A stretch of 64,000 nucleotides of DNA from an uncultured Thiomicrospira sp. Its GTDB lineage: Bacteria; Pseudomonadota; Gammaproteobacteria; CAKMZV01. The stretch spans positions 800,001 through 864,000 of the forward strand of contig OZ239628.1 of the NCBI GenBank assembly GCA_965195345.1, given 5' to 3'. Positions 1 to 11,800 of this stretch are shown here, in pieces. The translations under genes and the position numbers were made by a program. Every line of letters starts with the position of its first letter. Position 1 is the stretch's first letter. The notes below the pieces were generated by a model. The model was not told the origin of the DNA, ran no database searches, and saw nothing but the letters and a program-made list of their open reading frames with translations.

Positions 1-402
1 TGGAGCCAGCAAGCCTACCTAAAAGCATCAAATACAGATGCAGATGATCAATTTGGTATGGCTTTATCGGTGAGTGATGATGGTAATACGCTTGCAGTCG
101 GTGCATTATTTGAGGACAGCGCTGCTACTGGCATCAACGGCGATGAAACAGCAAATAGTGCAGCTGGTGCTGGTGCAGTCTATGTTTTTGTTCGTAGCAG
201 CACGGGCACGTGGAGTCAACGAAGCTATATCAAAGCATCAAATACAGATGCAGATGATCAATTTGGCGATGTTCTCTCAATAAGCGGTGATGGTAAAACG
301 CTCGCTATTGGTTCTAATGCTGAAGATGGCGGTGCCACTGGCATCAATGGCGATCAAACAGACAATAGTCTAAATAGTGCTGGTGCAGTGTATTTATATT
401 AG
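1..402 (+). CDS. 3' end of an FG-GAP/integrin-like beta-propeller lipoprotein paralog (truncated by window edge; array copy 0)
   Basis: Frame is open from base 1 (WSQQAYLKASNTDADDQFG...). It shows two FG-GAP-like blades and ends GAVYLY like the downstream paralogs. Confidence 0.9.
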   Translation, partial: WSQQAYLKASNTDADDQFGMALSVSDDGNTLAVGALFEDSAATGINGDETANSAAGAGAVYVFVRSSTGTWSQRSYIKASNTDADDQFGDVLSISGDGKTLAIGSNAEDGGATGINGDQTDNSLNSAGAVYLY

Positions 403-621
403 AAATTAAATAGCTAAAAGGCAACTAAAGTACAGGCATACAGCTTTTCTGCTTAACGTTTATTGCCTTAAGTGTTATAAACTGCTTGCATGTTTTCTCA
501 TGCTTTAATTTATAATGATTTGAGTATTCGTGTCACAGGCGCGTTCCTTTCATTGAATACGGGCTTTTATCACACGCATAAACTGTGGTGGTAATTAATA
601 CATACAAAAGTTGGGGCTATA

Positions 622-3600
622 ATGTTATTTGATATGCATAATATAAAACGGTGGTTGTTTTTGTCTTTGTTTGTTTTTCTGTCTGCCTGCGGCGGTGGCG
701 GCGGCGGTGGCGATGACGACACAACACCTCCATCTACTAATACAGCACCAGATTTAAGTCTCTCTGTCAACGCCCTAACGCTTGATGAAGACTTTGGCAC
801 CTTTATCATCAACGCCACTGCAACCGATGCAGAGGATGGTCCTCTTCCCATTGCAGTTACTGGACAAGATGCCAGTCTATTCGCCATAACCACTTCTACC
901 AATCAGATAATACTTACCTCCGTTGCTAATGCCAATGGCATAGCTACACTTACAGTAAGCACTAACGATAGTGAAAATCTCTCCGTTTCCACCGAAGTAG
1001 TGGTGATTATCAATGCCATCAACGATACACCTACATTGACGCTATCAACGACCGCCATTAGTCTCAATGAAGATTTTGGCACCTTTATCATCAACGCCAC
1101 TGCCACCGATATAGAAGATGGAGCACTGTTAGTAAACGTATCTGGACAGGCTGGCTTGCTAACCACTAATATTACCACTGATCAAATTACCTTAACTTCC
1201 ATTGCCAATGCCAATGGCATAGCTACGCTTACAGTAAGCATTGTTGATAGTGAAAATCTCTCCGCTTCCACCGAAGTAGTGGTGATTATCAACGCCATCA
1301 ATGACACACCCACACTTACCTTTTCAACCACTCAACTTAGTCTAAATGCAAATTTTATATCTCAGGCAATAGCAACAGCAACAGACGTTGATGATGCTTC
1401 CTTGCTCTTAACCTTTGCACTATCTGCAACCGATGTAGTACAAATAATGACGGTTGCTAATCAGTTTATATTAAATCCTATCACTAATGCTTTTGGCGAC
1501 ACAACTATCACCCTAGCAGTATCTGATGATGATGGTGCACGCTCTTCTTCTCAAATTTTCACAGTGCGCGTTAACGCGCCCATTGCATCGACAACGCCTA
1601 CGTTAGCTTTATCAACGCAGAACATCACTTTAGATGAAGACTTCGGTACTTTTATTATCAACACCACAGCAACCGATGCAGAAGATGGGACGTTATCAGT
1701 GACCGTATCTGGACAAGCTGGCTTACTAACCACTAATGCTACTACTGATCAAATTACGCTCACTTCCGTTGCCAATGCTAATGGAATAGTTACGCTCAAT
1801 GTGCGTGCTGTTGATAGTGGTAATCTTGCAACCTCCACTGAAGTGGTAGTGGTTATCAATGCCATCAATGATGCTCCGATATTGACTCTTGCTACAACAA
1901 ATATTACCATCGTTGAAAATGCCACTGCCCGTCAAACGATTTCCATTACCAATGTGACGGATGTTGACGGAGACACACTTACTTTTTCAGTCATTGGCTC
2001 CACTTCTGTGTTTAGTAGTAATCCAACGCCCATAGTCTCCTTTTCAGACACAAGAATGATAACCTTCAGTAGACAAAGTACTACAGCTCAACTTTATTAC
2101 ACTTTACTGCCCGATACCACAGGCACTGGCTTCATTCAAATCGCTTTAACAGATGGCATAGAGACCCAACGTACTACCGTTAGCGTGACTGTAACAGAAG
2201 TTAGAACCCCACCCCAAATCACCCAAGACTTTAGAACACATCGCTTCTTTGATGCTCGTGCAACGCGTGTAGGCGCTGTTGGAGGTGTCTTATTTGCAGC
2301 ACGGGGTGTGCTCACTGGATCGACTGCAACAACCTCAACAGATGGTACGGGGAATTTTAGTAATCAATTAAACTTTGCCCGCTCTTTAGGAGGGAGTTTA
2401 GCAGAACTGTACACTGAGGAAACATACAACGCTTTATTGGGTTCTGTCTTGGTTGCCAATGGCACTGCAACAGTAGGGTTTGGGGATGATCGTTTTTGGC
2501 TTGGACTCACTGATACACCCAATACTTTTGGCGCTTCTGTGTCAGATCAATCTGCCTCAGAAGACCGTTATTTTTGGTTATCTGGTCAACGGGTGTCACA
2601 AGGATTAAACAGTGCTCGTATAGACGCCCCAGGAGTCTATATAGGTTGGGGGTCATCCGCCCCAGCTGCAAGTAATCAGCCTTGTGCGGATCTCATTCTT
2701 GGTGAAGAAGTGTCTGTAGGGTTCAGACCTTGGGCAAGTGATGGGTGCGATGGATCAGTATTTGTTATCTTCGATGTGCTAAAAGCGTTGATGCAGTTCC
2801 CAAATGGCTTACCTACTACCTCCTCAATGGTTTTTCAAGCAAACTCCCTAACCACACGTATTCGTTTAAGTGGTTATGATCTTGATGGTTCAGATAATGC
2901 ACTATCTTGGCAAGTCACCAATGCATCTGGCGGTAGTGTAACCACTTCCACAGTCTATAGCGGTACTGGCGCACAAACCTTAGAGATTGCTTACACCCCT
3001 GTGAGCAACTTTTCAGGCACTGCAACCCTTTTCGTAAGTTTAAATGATGGTGATAGTGCTACACAAAATAGTACTGCTCGTGTATTGGTGGTTAATAACA
3101 CACCAACTTTAATACTCTCAACCAATACTATCAGCTTAGATGAAGATTTTACCAGCTTCGTCATTAACACCACTGCAACCGATGCAGCAGGGATAACCGA
3201 CTTTAGTGTTAGTACAGGAAACGGTATTGTTCTTGTAACCACCTCTGCTGATGCAATTACGCTGCAATCACTTCCCAATGTAAATGGTGCTGTAACCTTA
3301 ACAGTCGTTGTGGATAGTGGTCTTTTGGCAAATACACAGACGATTAGCGTTGAGGTTAATCCAGTCAATGATAGACCTGTATTGATGCTATCATTAACCA
3401 GTCTTAGCTTAAATGAAGATTTTGGTACCTTTATCATAAATACCACTGCAACCGACGCAGAAGATGGGACACTGTCAGTGAGCGTATCTGGACAGGCTGG
3501 CTTGGTAACCACTACTATCACCACTGGTCAAATTACTCTAACTTCCATTGCCCATGCCAACGGAAGAACCACTCTAACTGTAAGCGCTAACGATAGTGAA

Positions 3601-6600
3601 AACCTCTTCGTAACCGACGAAGTGGTGGTGATTATCAATGCTGTTAATGATAATCCTGTATTGACGTTATCAACAACCAATCTCAGCCTTAATGAAGACT
3701 TTGGCACTTTCATAATCAACACCACTGCCACCGATATAGAAGATGGCGTGTTGCCTTTTACAGTGTCTGGACAAGATGCCAGTATATTCACCGTCACTAC
3801 CTCCACCAATCAGATAATGCTCACCTCCGTTGCTAATGCCAACGGAATAGTTACACTAACTGTAAGTGCTAACGATAGTGAAAACCTCTCGGCAACCACC
3901 GAAGTTGTTGTTGTTGTCAATGCCATCAATGACACACCCACACTTACCTTTTCAACCACTCAATTTAATCTGAATGCAAACTTTACCCCGCAAACAATAG
4001 CAACAGCAACAGACGTTGATGATATTTCCTTGCTCCTAACCTTTGCACTATCTGCAACCGATGTAGTACAAATAACGACGGTTGCTAATCAGTTTATATT
4101 AAATCCTATCATCAATGCTTTTGGCGACACAACTATCACCCTAGCAGTATCTGATGATGATGGTGCACGCTCTTCTTCTCAAATTTTCACAGTGCGCGTT
4201 AACACACCCATTGCATCGACAACGCCTACATTAGCCTTATCAACGCAGAACATCACTTTAGATGAAGACTTTGGTACTTTTATTATCAACACTACTGCAA
4301 CCGATGCAGAAGATGGGACACTGTCAGTAACCGTATCTGGACAGGCTGACTTATTAACCACTAATGCTACTACTGGTCAAATTACGCTCACTTCCATTGC
4401 CAATGCTAACGGCACAACTACACTTACTGTACGTGCTACCGATAGCGGAAACCTTTCCGTTACCACCGAAGTGGTGGTAACCATCAATGCCATCAACGAT
4501 ACTCCGACATTGACTCTTGCGACAACAAATATTACCATCGTTGAAAATGCCACTGCTCGTCAAACGATTTCCATTACTGATGTGGCAGATATTGAGGGAA
4601 GCACACTTACTTTTTCAGTCATTGCCTCCACTTCTGTATTTAGTAGTAATCCTACATCTGTAGTCTCTTTTTCAGACACAAGAATGATAACCTTCAGTAG
4701 ACAAAGTACGACTGCTCAACTCTATTACACTCTACTGCCCGATACCACAGGCACTGGCTTCATTCAAATCGCTCTAACAGATGGCATAGACACACAGGTT
4801 ACAACTGTTACCGTGACTGTGACAGAAGTTAGAACCTCACCCCAAATCACTCAAGACTTTAGAACACATCGCTTCTTTGATGCGCGTGCAACACGTGTAG
4901 GCGCTGTTGGAGGTGTCTTATTTGCAGCACGAGGTGCATTCACTGGATTGCTTGCATCAACCTCTACAGATGGTACAGGGAGTGCTATGAACCAATTAAA
5001 CTTTGCTCGTTCCTTAGGGGGGAGTTTAGCCGAACTATACACTGAGGAAACATACAACGCTTTATTGGGTTCTGTTTTGGTTGCCAATGGCGCTACAACA
5101 GCAGGCTTTGATGATGACCGTTTTTGGCTTGGGCTTACCAGTGTACCTAGCTTTTTTGGCGTCACTCTACCAAATCAACTTGACTCAGAAGCCCGTTATT
5201 TTTGGTTATCTGGTCAACGGGTATCGCAAGGATTAGGCGGCGGTACTCGTATAGACGTCCCAGGAGTATACATAGGCTGGGGGCCATCTGCTCCGGGTAC
5301 TCAGGGTTGTGCTGATCTGATTCTTGGTGCTGAAGTATCTGCAGCGTTCAGGCCTTGGGCAAGTGATCAATGCTTTGGAGGTGTTTTTGACGCTTTAAAA
5401 GCGTTGATGCAGTTCCCAAATGGCTTACCTACTACCTCCTCAATGATTGTTCAAGCAAGGTCTCCGATCACACTTATTCGTTTAAGTGGTTATGATCTTG
5501 ATGGTTCAGATAATACATTGTCTTGGCAAGTCACCGATGCATCTGGTGGTGGTATCGCCACTTCCACAGTCTATAGCAGTACTGGCGCACAAACCTTAGA
5601 GATTTCTTACACCCCTGTGAGCGGCTTTTCAGGCACTGCAACCCTTGTTGTAAGCTTAGATGATGGTGATAGTGCTACACAAAATAGTACTGCCCGTGTA
5701 TTGGTGGTTAATAACACCCCAACTTTAACACTCTCAACCAATGTTGTCAGCTTAGATGAAGACTTTACCAGCTTCGTCATTAACACCACTGCAACCGATG
5801 CAGAAGGGATAATCGACTTTAGTGTTAGTACAGGAAACGGCATTGTTCTTGTAACCACCTCTGCTAATGCAATTACGCTGCAATCACTTGCGAATATAAG
5901 TGGTGCTGTAACCTTAACAGTCGTTGCGGATAGTGGTCTTTTGGCAAATACACAGACGATTAGCGTTGTGGTTAATCCAGTTAACGACACTCCCACGCTG
6001 TCTTTATCTGTGACGCAAAGGGCGCTTGCTCAAAACTTTGGCACTTTCGTCATCAACACCACTGCAACCGATGTGGAATCAGGACCATTGGGCTTTAGTG
6101 TCAGCACAGGTAATGGTATTGTCAATGTGACCACCTCTGTCAATACGATTACTCTGCAATCACTCGCTAATGTCATAGGCGATGTGACGTTAACGGTTAG
6201 CGTAAGCGATGGACTATTGACGGCGACACAGTCCATTTTTATAACCGTTAGTAGACCGTTTACGTTTGAAGTATCGACAAACACTATCGTTTTAGATGAA
6301 GATTTTAATACCTTCATTATTAACACCACTGCAACGGCTGCAGATGGGACTATATTACCTATTTCAGTGGTGCAGAGCAGCTCTAACCTACTTACATTCA
6401 GCACTATAACTGGGCGCATTACCCTTTCATCTATTGCGAATGCTAATGGAGTAACAACCCTTACCGTGAGTGCGGCTAATCAAAGTGGGCTAACGAACAC
6501 GACAGAAGTAGCCATTACCATTAATTCCGTTAATGATACTCCCACGCTCAGTTTATCAAGTACAAACTTAACCTTGGCATCTAATAGCACTGGTTTGATA

Positions 6601-8571
6601 ACTGCCTTTGTCACGGATGTGGAAACAAGCAGTGCCTCATTGATCTTTTCGGTACAACAAAATCCACCTTTGTTGCAGGTGAGTACACAAGGCAATGTCA
6701 TCGTACTGAGATCGAGTGCTACTGCAGGCTCGACCACTTTAGTGATCACCGTTACTGATGGCGATGGTTCAAGCGCTTCAGCAACTGCTCGAGTTACTGT
6801 TCTATCAGGTGCTTTGAATATTGCTTTAAATGTTAAGCGCATTGATTTTTCTTGGAACACACTTCCTACAGCAAATCATTACCGCATGCTTAGCAATGTT
6901 GATTTGAATGCTGGTGGTGGTTTTGTTGATGCCAGTAGCGCAGGTTTGGTGTTTGTACCGAATAGCACGAATATTATCAATACCACAGTTTCTGCAACAG
7001 TGGATGTAGCACGCTATCTTTCTACGGCTAATGGACCACAGTACCTGCTAGAAGCTTGTACCAGTGTGGATAATTCAGCCTGTTCTATTCATGCGCAACA
7101 AACCCTGAGCAATATTCAGTTACAGGGATTAATTGGTTATTTTAAAGCCTCTTTTGCAGATGAGGGTGTGTTTGGTAGAGCTGTAGCAATAAGCGGTGAT
7201 GGCAACACATTAGTTGTCGGTGCACCCGGAGAAAATAGCGACGCCACCGGCATCAATGGTGATCAGACGAACAATAACGCATCTGCCTCTGGTGCAGCCT
7301 ATGTTTTTGTACGCAACAGTGCAGGCACATGGAGTCAACAAGCCTATGTCAAAGCTTCTAATACAGGAGTTTTGGATCAATTTGGCACAGCTGTAGCAAT
7401 AAATGATGACGGTAACACCATAGTTGTCGGTGCACTTGGGGAGGACAGTACCGCCACGGGTATCAACGGTGATCAATTAGATAATTCTGCAAGTGACTCT
7501 GGTGCAGCCTATGTTTTTGTGCGTAGTAGTACAGGTACATGGAGTCAACAGGCTTACATCAAGGCTTCTAATGCAGAAGCTCTTGATGATTTTGGCAGAA
7601 CTGTATCGGTCACTGCTGATGGTAATACACTCGCTATTGGTGCGCCTTTAGAAGACAGTACTGCTACAGGCATTAACGGCGACGAAACAAACAATGGAGC
7701 AAGTGGCTCTGGTGCAGCCTATGTTTTTGTGCGTAGTACTACGGGCACATGGAGTCAACAAGCTTATATCAAAGCTTCTAATGCAGAAGCTCTTGATGAT
7801 TTTGGTTTTGCTGTATCGGTGAGCGATGATGGTAATACTTTAGTTATTGGGGCATCTTTTGAAGACAGCACCGCCACGGGCATTAACGGCGATCAAACAA
7901 CTAATAGTGCAAGTGCTTCTGGTGCAGCTTATGTTTTTGTGCGCAGTGCTACCGACACATGGACGCAAGAAGCCTACATCAAAGCCTCAAACACAGGTGT
8001 TAATGATCAATTTGGTTTAGCTACTTCAATTAGTGGTGATGGTAACACACTGCTCATCAGCTCAATTGGAGAAGACAGCAATGCCACGGGTATCAACGGT
8101 GATCAAACAAACAATGCCGCAAATGGTGCTGGTGCAGCCTATGTTTTTGTGCGTAGTAGTACAGGCACATGGAGTCAACAAGCCTACATCAAGGCCTCCA
8201 ATACAGGAGATCAGGATGAATTTGGTAGCGCTCTCTCAATTAACAATGATGGTAGTATATTTGCTATCGGTGCTCCTTTTGAAGATAGTGATGTTAGTGG
8301 CATCAACGGTGATCAAATAAACAATGATGCATTTCGCGCTGGTGCAGCCTATGTTTTTGTGCGTAGTAGTACAGGCACATGGAGTCAACGAAGTTACATC
8401 AAAGCATCAAACACAGGAGTTTTAGATCGATTTGGTTCAGCTCTCTCAATAAGCGGTGATGGTAAGACACTCTCTATCGGTGCACCTTTCGAAGATAGCG
8501 ATGCCACCGGCATTAATGGTGATCAGACGAATAACAATGAGTCTGAGGCTGGTGCAGTGTATTTATATTAG
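622..8571 (+). CDS. Giant surface lipoprotein adhesin, copy 1: cadherin/Ig-like repeats, two C-type-lectin-like domains, FN3-like neck, 7-blade FG-GAP propeller
   Basis: Lipobox FLSA-C followed by poly-Gly; repeats with LxED/ATDxED/NDxP cadherin-like motifs; CTLD-like segments at ~2350-2800 and ~4980-5420; seven FGxAVAISGDG...GAP...GAAYVF blades from ~7135. True start may be the ATG at 634. Confidence 0.88.
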   Translation: MLFDMHNIKRWLFLSLFVFLSACGGGGGGGDDDTTPPSTNTAPDLSLSVNALTLDEDFGTFIINATATDAEDGPLPIAVTGQDASLFAITTSTNQIILTSVANANGIATLTVSTNDSENLSVSTEVVVIINAINDTPTLTLSTTAISLNEDFGTFIINATATDIEDGALLVNVSGQAGLLTTNITTDQITLTSIANANGIATLTVSIVDSENLSASTEVVVIINAINDTPTLTFSTTQLSLNANFISQAIATATDVDDASLLLTFALSATDVVQIMTVANQFILNPITNAFGDTTITLAVSDDDGARSSSQIFTVRVNAPIASTTPTLALSTQNITLDEDFGTFIINTTATDAEDGTLSVTVSGQAGLLTTNATTDQITLTSVANANGIVTLNVRAVDSGNLATSTEVVVVINAINDAPILTLATTNITIVENATARQTISITNVTDVDGDTLTFSVIGSTSVFSSNPTPIVSFSDTRMITFSRQSTTAQLYYTLLPDTTGTGFIQIALTDGIETQRTTVSVTVTEVRTPPQITQDFRTHRFFDARATRVGAVGGVLFAARGVLTGSTATTSTDGTGNFSNQLNFARSLGGSLAELYTEETYNALLGSVLVANGTATVGFGDDRFWLGLTDTPNTFGASVSDQSASEDRYFWLSGQRVSQGLNSARIDAPGVYIGWGSSAPAASNQPCADLILGEEVSVGFRPWASDGCDGSVFVIFDVLKALMQFPNGLPTTSSMVFQANSLTTRIRLSGYDLDGSDNALSWQVTNASGGSVTTSTVYSGTGAQTLEIAYTPVSNFSGTATLFVSLNDGDSATQNSTARVLVVNNTPTLILSTNTISLDEDFTSFVINTTATDAAGITDFSVSTGNGIVLVTTSADAITLQSLPNVNGAVTLTVVVDSGLLANTQTISVEVNPVNDRPVLMLSLTSLSLNEDFGTFIINTTATDAEDGTLSVSVSGQAGLVTTTITTGQITLTSIAHANGRTTLTVSANDSENLFVTDEVVVIINAVNDNPVLTLSTTNLSLNEDFGTFIINTTATDIEDGVLPFTVSGQDASIFTVTTSTNQIMLTSVANANGIVTLTVSANDSENLSATTEVVVVVNAINDTPTLTFSTTQFNLNANFTPQTIATATDVDDISLLLTFALSATDVVQITTVANQFILNPIINAFGDTTITLAVSDDDGARSSSQIFTVRVNTPIASTTPTLALSTQNITLDEDFGTFIINTTATDAEDGTLSVTVSGQADLLTTNATTGQITLTSIANANGTTTLTVRATDSGNLSVTTEVVVTINAINDTPTLTLATTNITIVENATARQTISITDVADIEGSTLTFSVIASTSVFSSNPTSVVSFSDTRMITFSRQSTTAQLYYTLLPDTTGTGFIQIALTDGIDTQVTTVTVTVTEVRTSPQITQDFRTHRFFDARATRVGAVGGVLFAARGAFTGLLASTSTDGTGSAMNQLNFARSLGGSLAELYTEETYNALLGSVLVANGATTAGFDDDRFWLGLTSVPSFFGVTLPNQLDSEARYFWLSGQRVSQGLGGGTRIDVPGVYIGWGPSAPGTQGCADLILGAEVSAAFRPWASDQCFGGVFDALKALMQFPNGLPTTSSMIVQARSPITLIRLSGYDLDGSDNTLSWQVTDASGGGIATSTVYSSTGAQTLEISYTPVSGFSGTATLVVSLDDGDSATQNSTARVLVVNNTPTLTLSTNVVSLDEDFTSFVINTTATDAEGIIDFSVSTGNGIVLVTTSANAITLQSLANISGAVTLTVVADSGLLANTQTISVVVNPVNDTPTLSLSVTQRALAQNFGTFVINTTATDVESGPLGFSVSTGNGIVNVTTSVNTITLQSLANVIGDVTLTVSVSDGLLTATQSIFITVSRPFTFEVSTNTIVLDEDFNTFIINTTATAADGTILPISVVQSSSNLLTFSTITGRITLSSIANANGVTTLTVSAANQSGLTNTTEVAITINSVNDTPTLSLSSTNLTLASNSTGLITAFVTDVETSSASLIFSVQQNPPLLQVSTQGNVIVLRSSATAGSTTLVITVTDGDGSSASATARVTVLSGALNIALNVKRIDFSWNTLPTANHYRMLSNVDLNAGGGFVDASSAGLVFVPNSTNIINTTVSATVDVARYLSTANGPQYLLEACTSVDNSACSIHAQQTLSNIQLQGLIGYFKASFADEGVFGRAVAISGDGNTLVVGAPGENSDATGINGDQTNNNASASGAAYVFVRNSAGTWSQQAYVKASNTGVLDQFGTAVAINDDGNTIVVGALGEDSTATGINGDQLDNSASDSGAAYVFVRSSTGTWSQQAYIKASNAEALDDFGRTVSVTADGNTLAIGAPLEDSTATGINGDETNNGASGSGAAYVFVRSTTGTWSQQAYIKASNAEALDDFGFAVSVSDDGNTLVIGASFEDSTATGINGDQTTNSASASGAAYVFVRSATDTWTQEAYIKASNTGVNDQFGLATSISGDGNTLLISSIGEDSNATGINGDQTNNAANGAGAAYVFVRSSTGTWSQQAYIKASNTGDQDEFGSALSINNDGSIFAIGAPFEDSDVSGINGDQINNDAFRAGAAYVFVRSSTGTWSQRSYIKASNTGVLDRFGSALSISGDGKTLSIGAPFEDSDATGINGDQTNNNESEAGAVYLY

Positions 8572-8821
8572 AATACGTATATAGCTAAAAGAGAACTAAA
8601 ATTGCTTGATTACCCATACATTATGTATTCATCAGGAAGACGGGCATACAGCTTTTCTATTTAACGTTTATTGCTTTAAATGTTATAAACTGCTTGCATG
8701 TTTCATCATACTTTAATTTATAATCAATCAAATTGTCACAGGCAAAATGTGAGCTTCTATCACATACGCAAGCTGTAGTGAAATTGTAATTGCATAATTA
8801 AATACATTAAGGTGAATTGAT

Positions 8822-11800
8822 ATGGGATATATACAGCGCTGGGCATTTCTGTTGTTGCTTGTTTTTCTGTCAGCTTGTGGTGGTGGTGATGGCGACACAA
8901 TACCTCCGTCTACTAACACAACACCAACTTTAAGTCTCTCTGTCAATGCCGTAACGCTTGATGAAGATTTTGGTACCTTTATCATCAACACCACTGCCAC
9001 CGACGTAGAAGATGGGACGCTGTCAGTGACCGTGTCTGGACAGGCTGGCTTGCTAACCACTAATGCTACTACTGATCAAATTACGCTCACTTCCATTGCC
9101 AATGCTAACGGAACAACTACACTCACTGTAAGTGCTACCGATAGTGGCGCTCTTACAGTCTCCACCGAAGTGGTTGTTATTGTCAATGCCGCCAATGATA
9201 CGCCCACACTTACCTTTTCAACCACTCAATTTAGTCTAAATGCAAATTTCATGCCTCAGACAATAGCAACAGCAACAGACGTTGATGATGCTTCCTTGCT
9301 CCTAACCTTTGCACTATCTGCAACCGATGTAGTACAAATAACGACAGTTGCTAATCGGTTTATATTAAATCCTATCACTAATGCTTTTGGCGAGACAACC
9401 ATCACTCTAACAGCAACTGATAGCAGCGGCAATCAGTCATCTCAACGTTTTACAGTGCATGTTAACGCATCCATTGCATCGACAACACCTACATTAGCCT
9501 TATCAACGCAACGTATCACTTTAGATGAAGATTTTGGCACTTTCGTCATCAACACCACTGCAAGTGATGCAGAAGATGGCGTGCTTCCCGTTGCAGTGAC
9601 TGGACAAGACGCCAGTCTATTCGCCGTAACCACTTCTACCGATCAGATAATACTTACCTCCGTTGCTAATGCCACCGGCATAGCCACGCTTACAGTAAGC
9701 ATTGTTGATAGCGGAAATCTCTCCGCTACCACCGAAGTGGTTGTTGTTGTCAATGGCATCAATGATAGTCCTACATTGACACTATCAACAACGAACCTCA
9801 GCCTCAGTGAAGATTTTGGCACTTTCGTCATCAACACCACTGCAAGTGATGCAGAAGATGGCGTGCTTCCCGTTGCAGTGACTGGACAAGACGCCAGTCT
9901 ATTCGCCGTAACCACTTCTACCGATCAGATAATACTTACCTCCGTTGCTAATGCCACCGGCATAGCCACGCTTACAGTAAGCATTGTTGATAGTGGAAAT
10001 CTCTCCGCTACCACCGAAGTGGTTGTTGTTGTCAATGGCATCAATGATAGTCCTACCTTGACACTATCAACAACGAACCTCAGCCTCAGTGAAGATTTTG
10101 GCACTTTCGTCATCAACACCACTGCAAGTGATGCAGAAAATGGCAGGCTTCCCGTTGCAGTGACTGGACAAGATGCCAGTCTATTCGCCGTAACCACTTC
10201 TACCGATCAGATAATACTTACCTCCGTTGCTAATGCCAACGGAACAGCCACACTCACTGTAAGCATTGTTGATAGTGGAAATCTCTCCGCTACCACCGAA
10301 GTGGTTGTTGTTGTCAATGGCATCAATAGTGCACCTGCATTGACGCTATCAACAACGAACCTCAGCCTCAGTGAAGATTTTGGCACTTTCGTCATCAACA
10401 CCACTGCCACCGATGTAGAAGATGGCGTGCTTCCCGTTGCAGTGACTGGACAAGATGCCAGTTTATTCGCCGTAACCACTTCTACCGATCAGATAATACT
10501 TACCTCCGTTGCTAATGCCAACGGAACAGCCACACTCACTGTAAGCATTGTTGATAGTGGAAATATCTCCGCTACCACCGAAGTGGTTGTTGTTGTCAAT
10601 GCCATCAATGATAGTCCTACATTGACACTATCAACAACGAACCTCAGCCTCAGTGAAGATTTTGGCACTTTCGTCATCAACACCACAGCAAGTGATGCAG
10701 AAGATGGCGTGCTTCCCGTTGCAGTGACTGGACAAGATGCCAGTCTATTCGCCGTAACCACTTCTACCGATCAGATAATACTTACCTCCGTTGCCAATGC
10801 CAACGGAACAGCCACGCTTACAGTAAGCATTGTTGGTAGCGGAAATCTCTCCGCTACCACCGAAGTGGTTGTTGTTGTCAATGCCATCAATGATAGTCCT
10901 ACATTGACACTATCAACAACGAACCTCAGCCTCAGTGAAGATTTTGGCACTTTCATCATCAACACCACTGCCACCGATGCAGAAGATGGCGTGCTTCCCG
11001 TTGCAGTGACTGGACAAGATGCCAGTTTATTCGCCGTAACCACTTCTACCGATCAGATAATACTTACCTCCGTTGCTAATGCCAACGGCATAGCCACACT
11101 TACAGTAAGCATTGTTGATAGTGGAAATCTCTCCGCTACCACCGAAGTGGTTGTTGTTGTCAATGCCATCAATGATAGTCCTACATTGACACTATCAACA
11201 ACGAACCTCAGCCTTAGTGAAGATTTTGGCACTTTCGTCATCAACACCACTGCAAGTGATGCAGAAGATGGCGTGCTTCCCGTTGCAGTGACTGGACAAG
11301 ATGCCAGTCTATTCGCCGTAACCACTTCTACCGATCAGATAATACTTACCTCCGTTGCCAATGCCAACGGAACAGCCACGCTTACAGTAAGCATTGTTGG
11401 TAGCGGAAATCTCTCCGCTACCACCGAAGTGGTTGTTGTTGTCAATGCCATCAATGATAGTCCTACATTGACACTATCAACAACGAACCTCAGCCTCAGT
11501 GAAGATTTTGGCACTTTCATCATCAACACCACTGCCACCGATGCAGAAGATGGCGTGCTTCCCGTTGCAGTGACTGGACAAGATGCCAGTTTATTCGCCG
11601 TAACCACTTCTACCGATCAGATAATACTTACCTCCGTTGCTAATGCCAACGGCATAGCCACACTTACAGTAAGCATTGTTGATAGTGGAAATCTCTCCGC
11701 TACCACCGAAGTGGTTGTTGTTGTCAATGCCATCAATGATAGTCCTACATTGACACTATCAACAACGAATCTCAGTCTCAGTGAAGATTTTGGCACTTTC

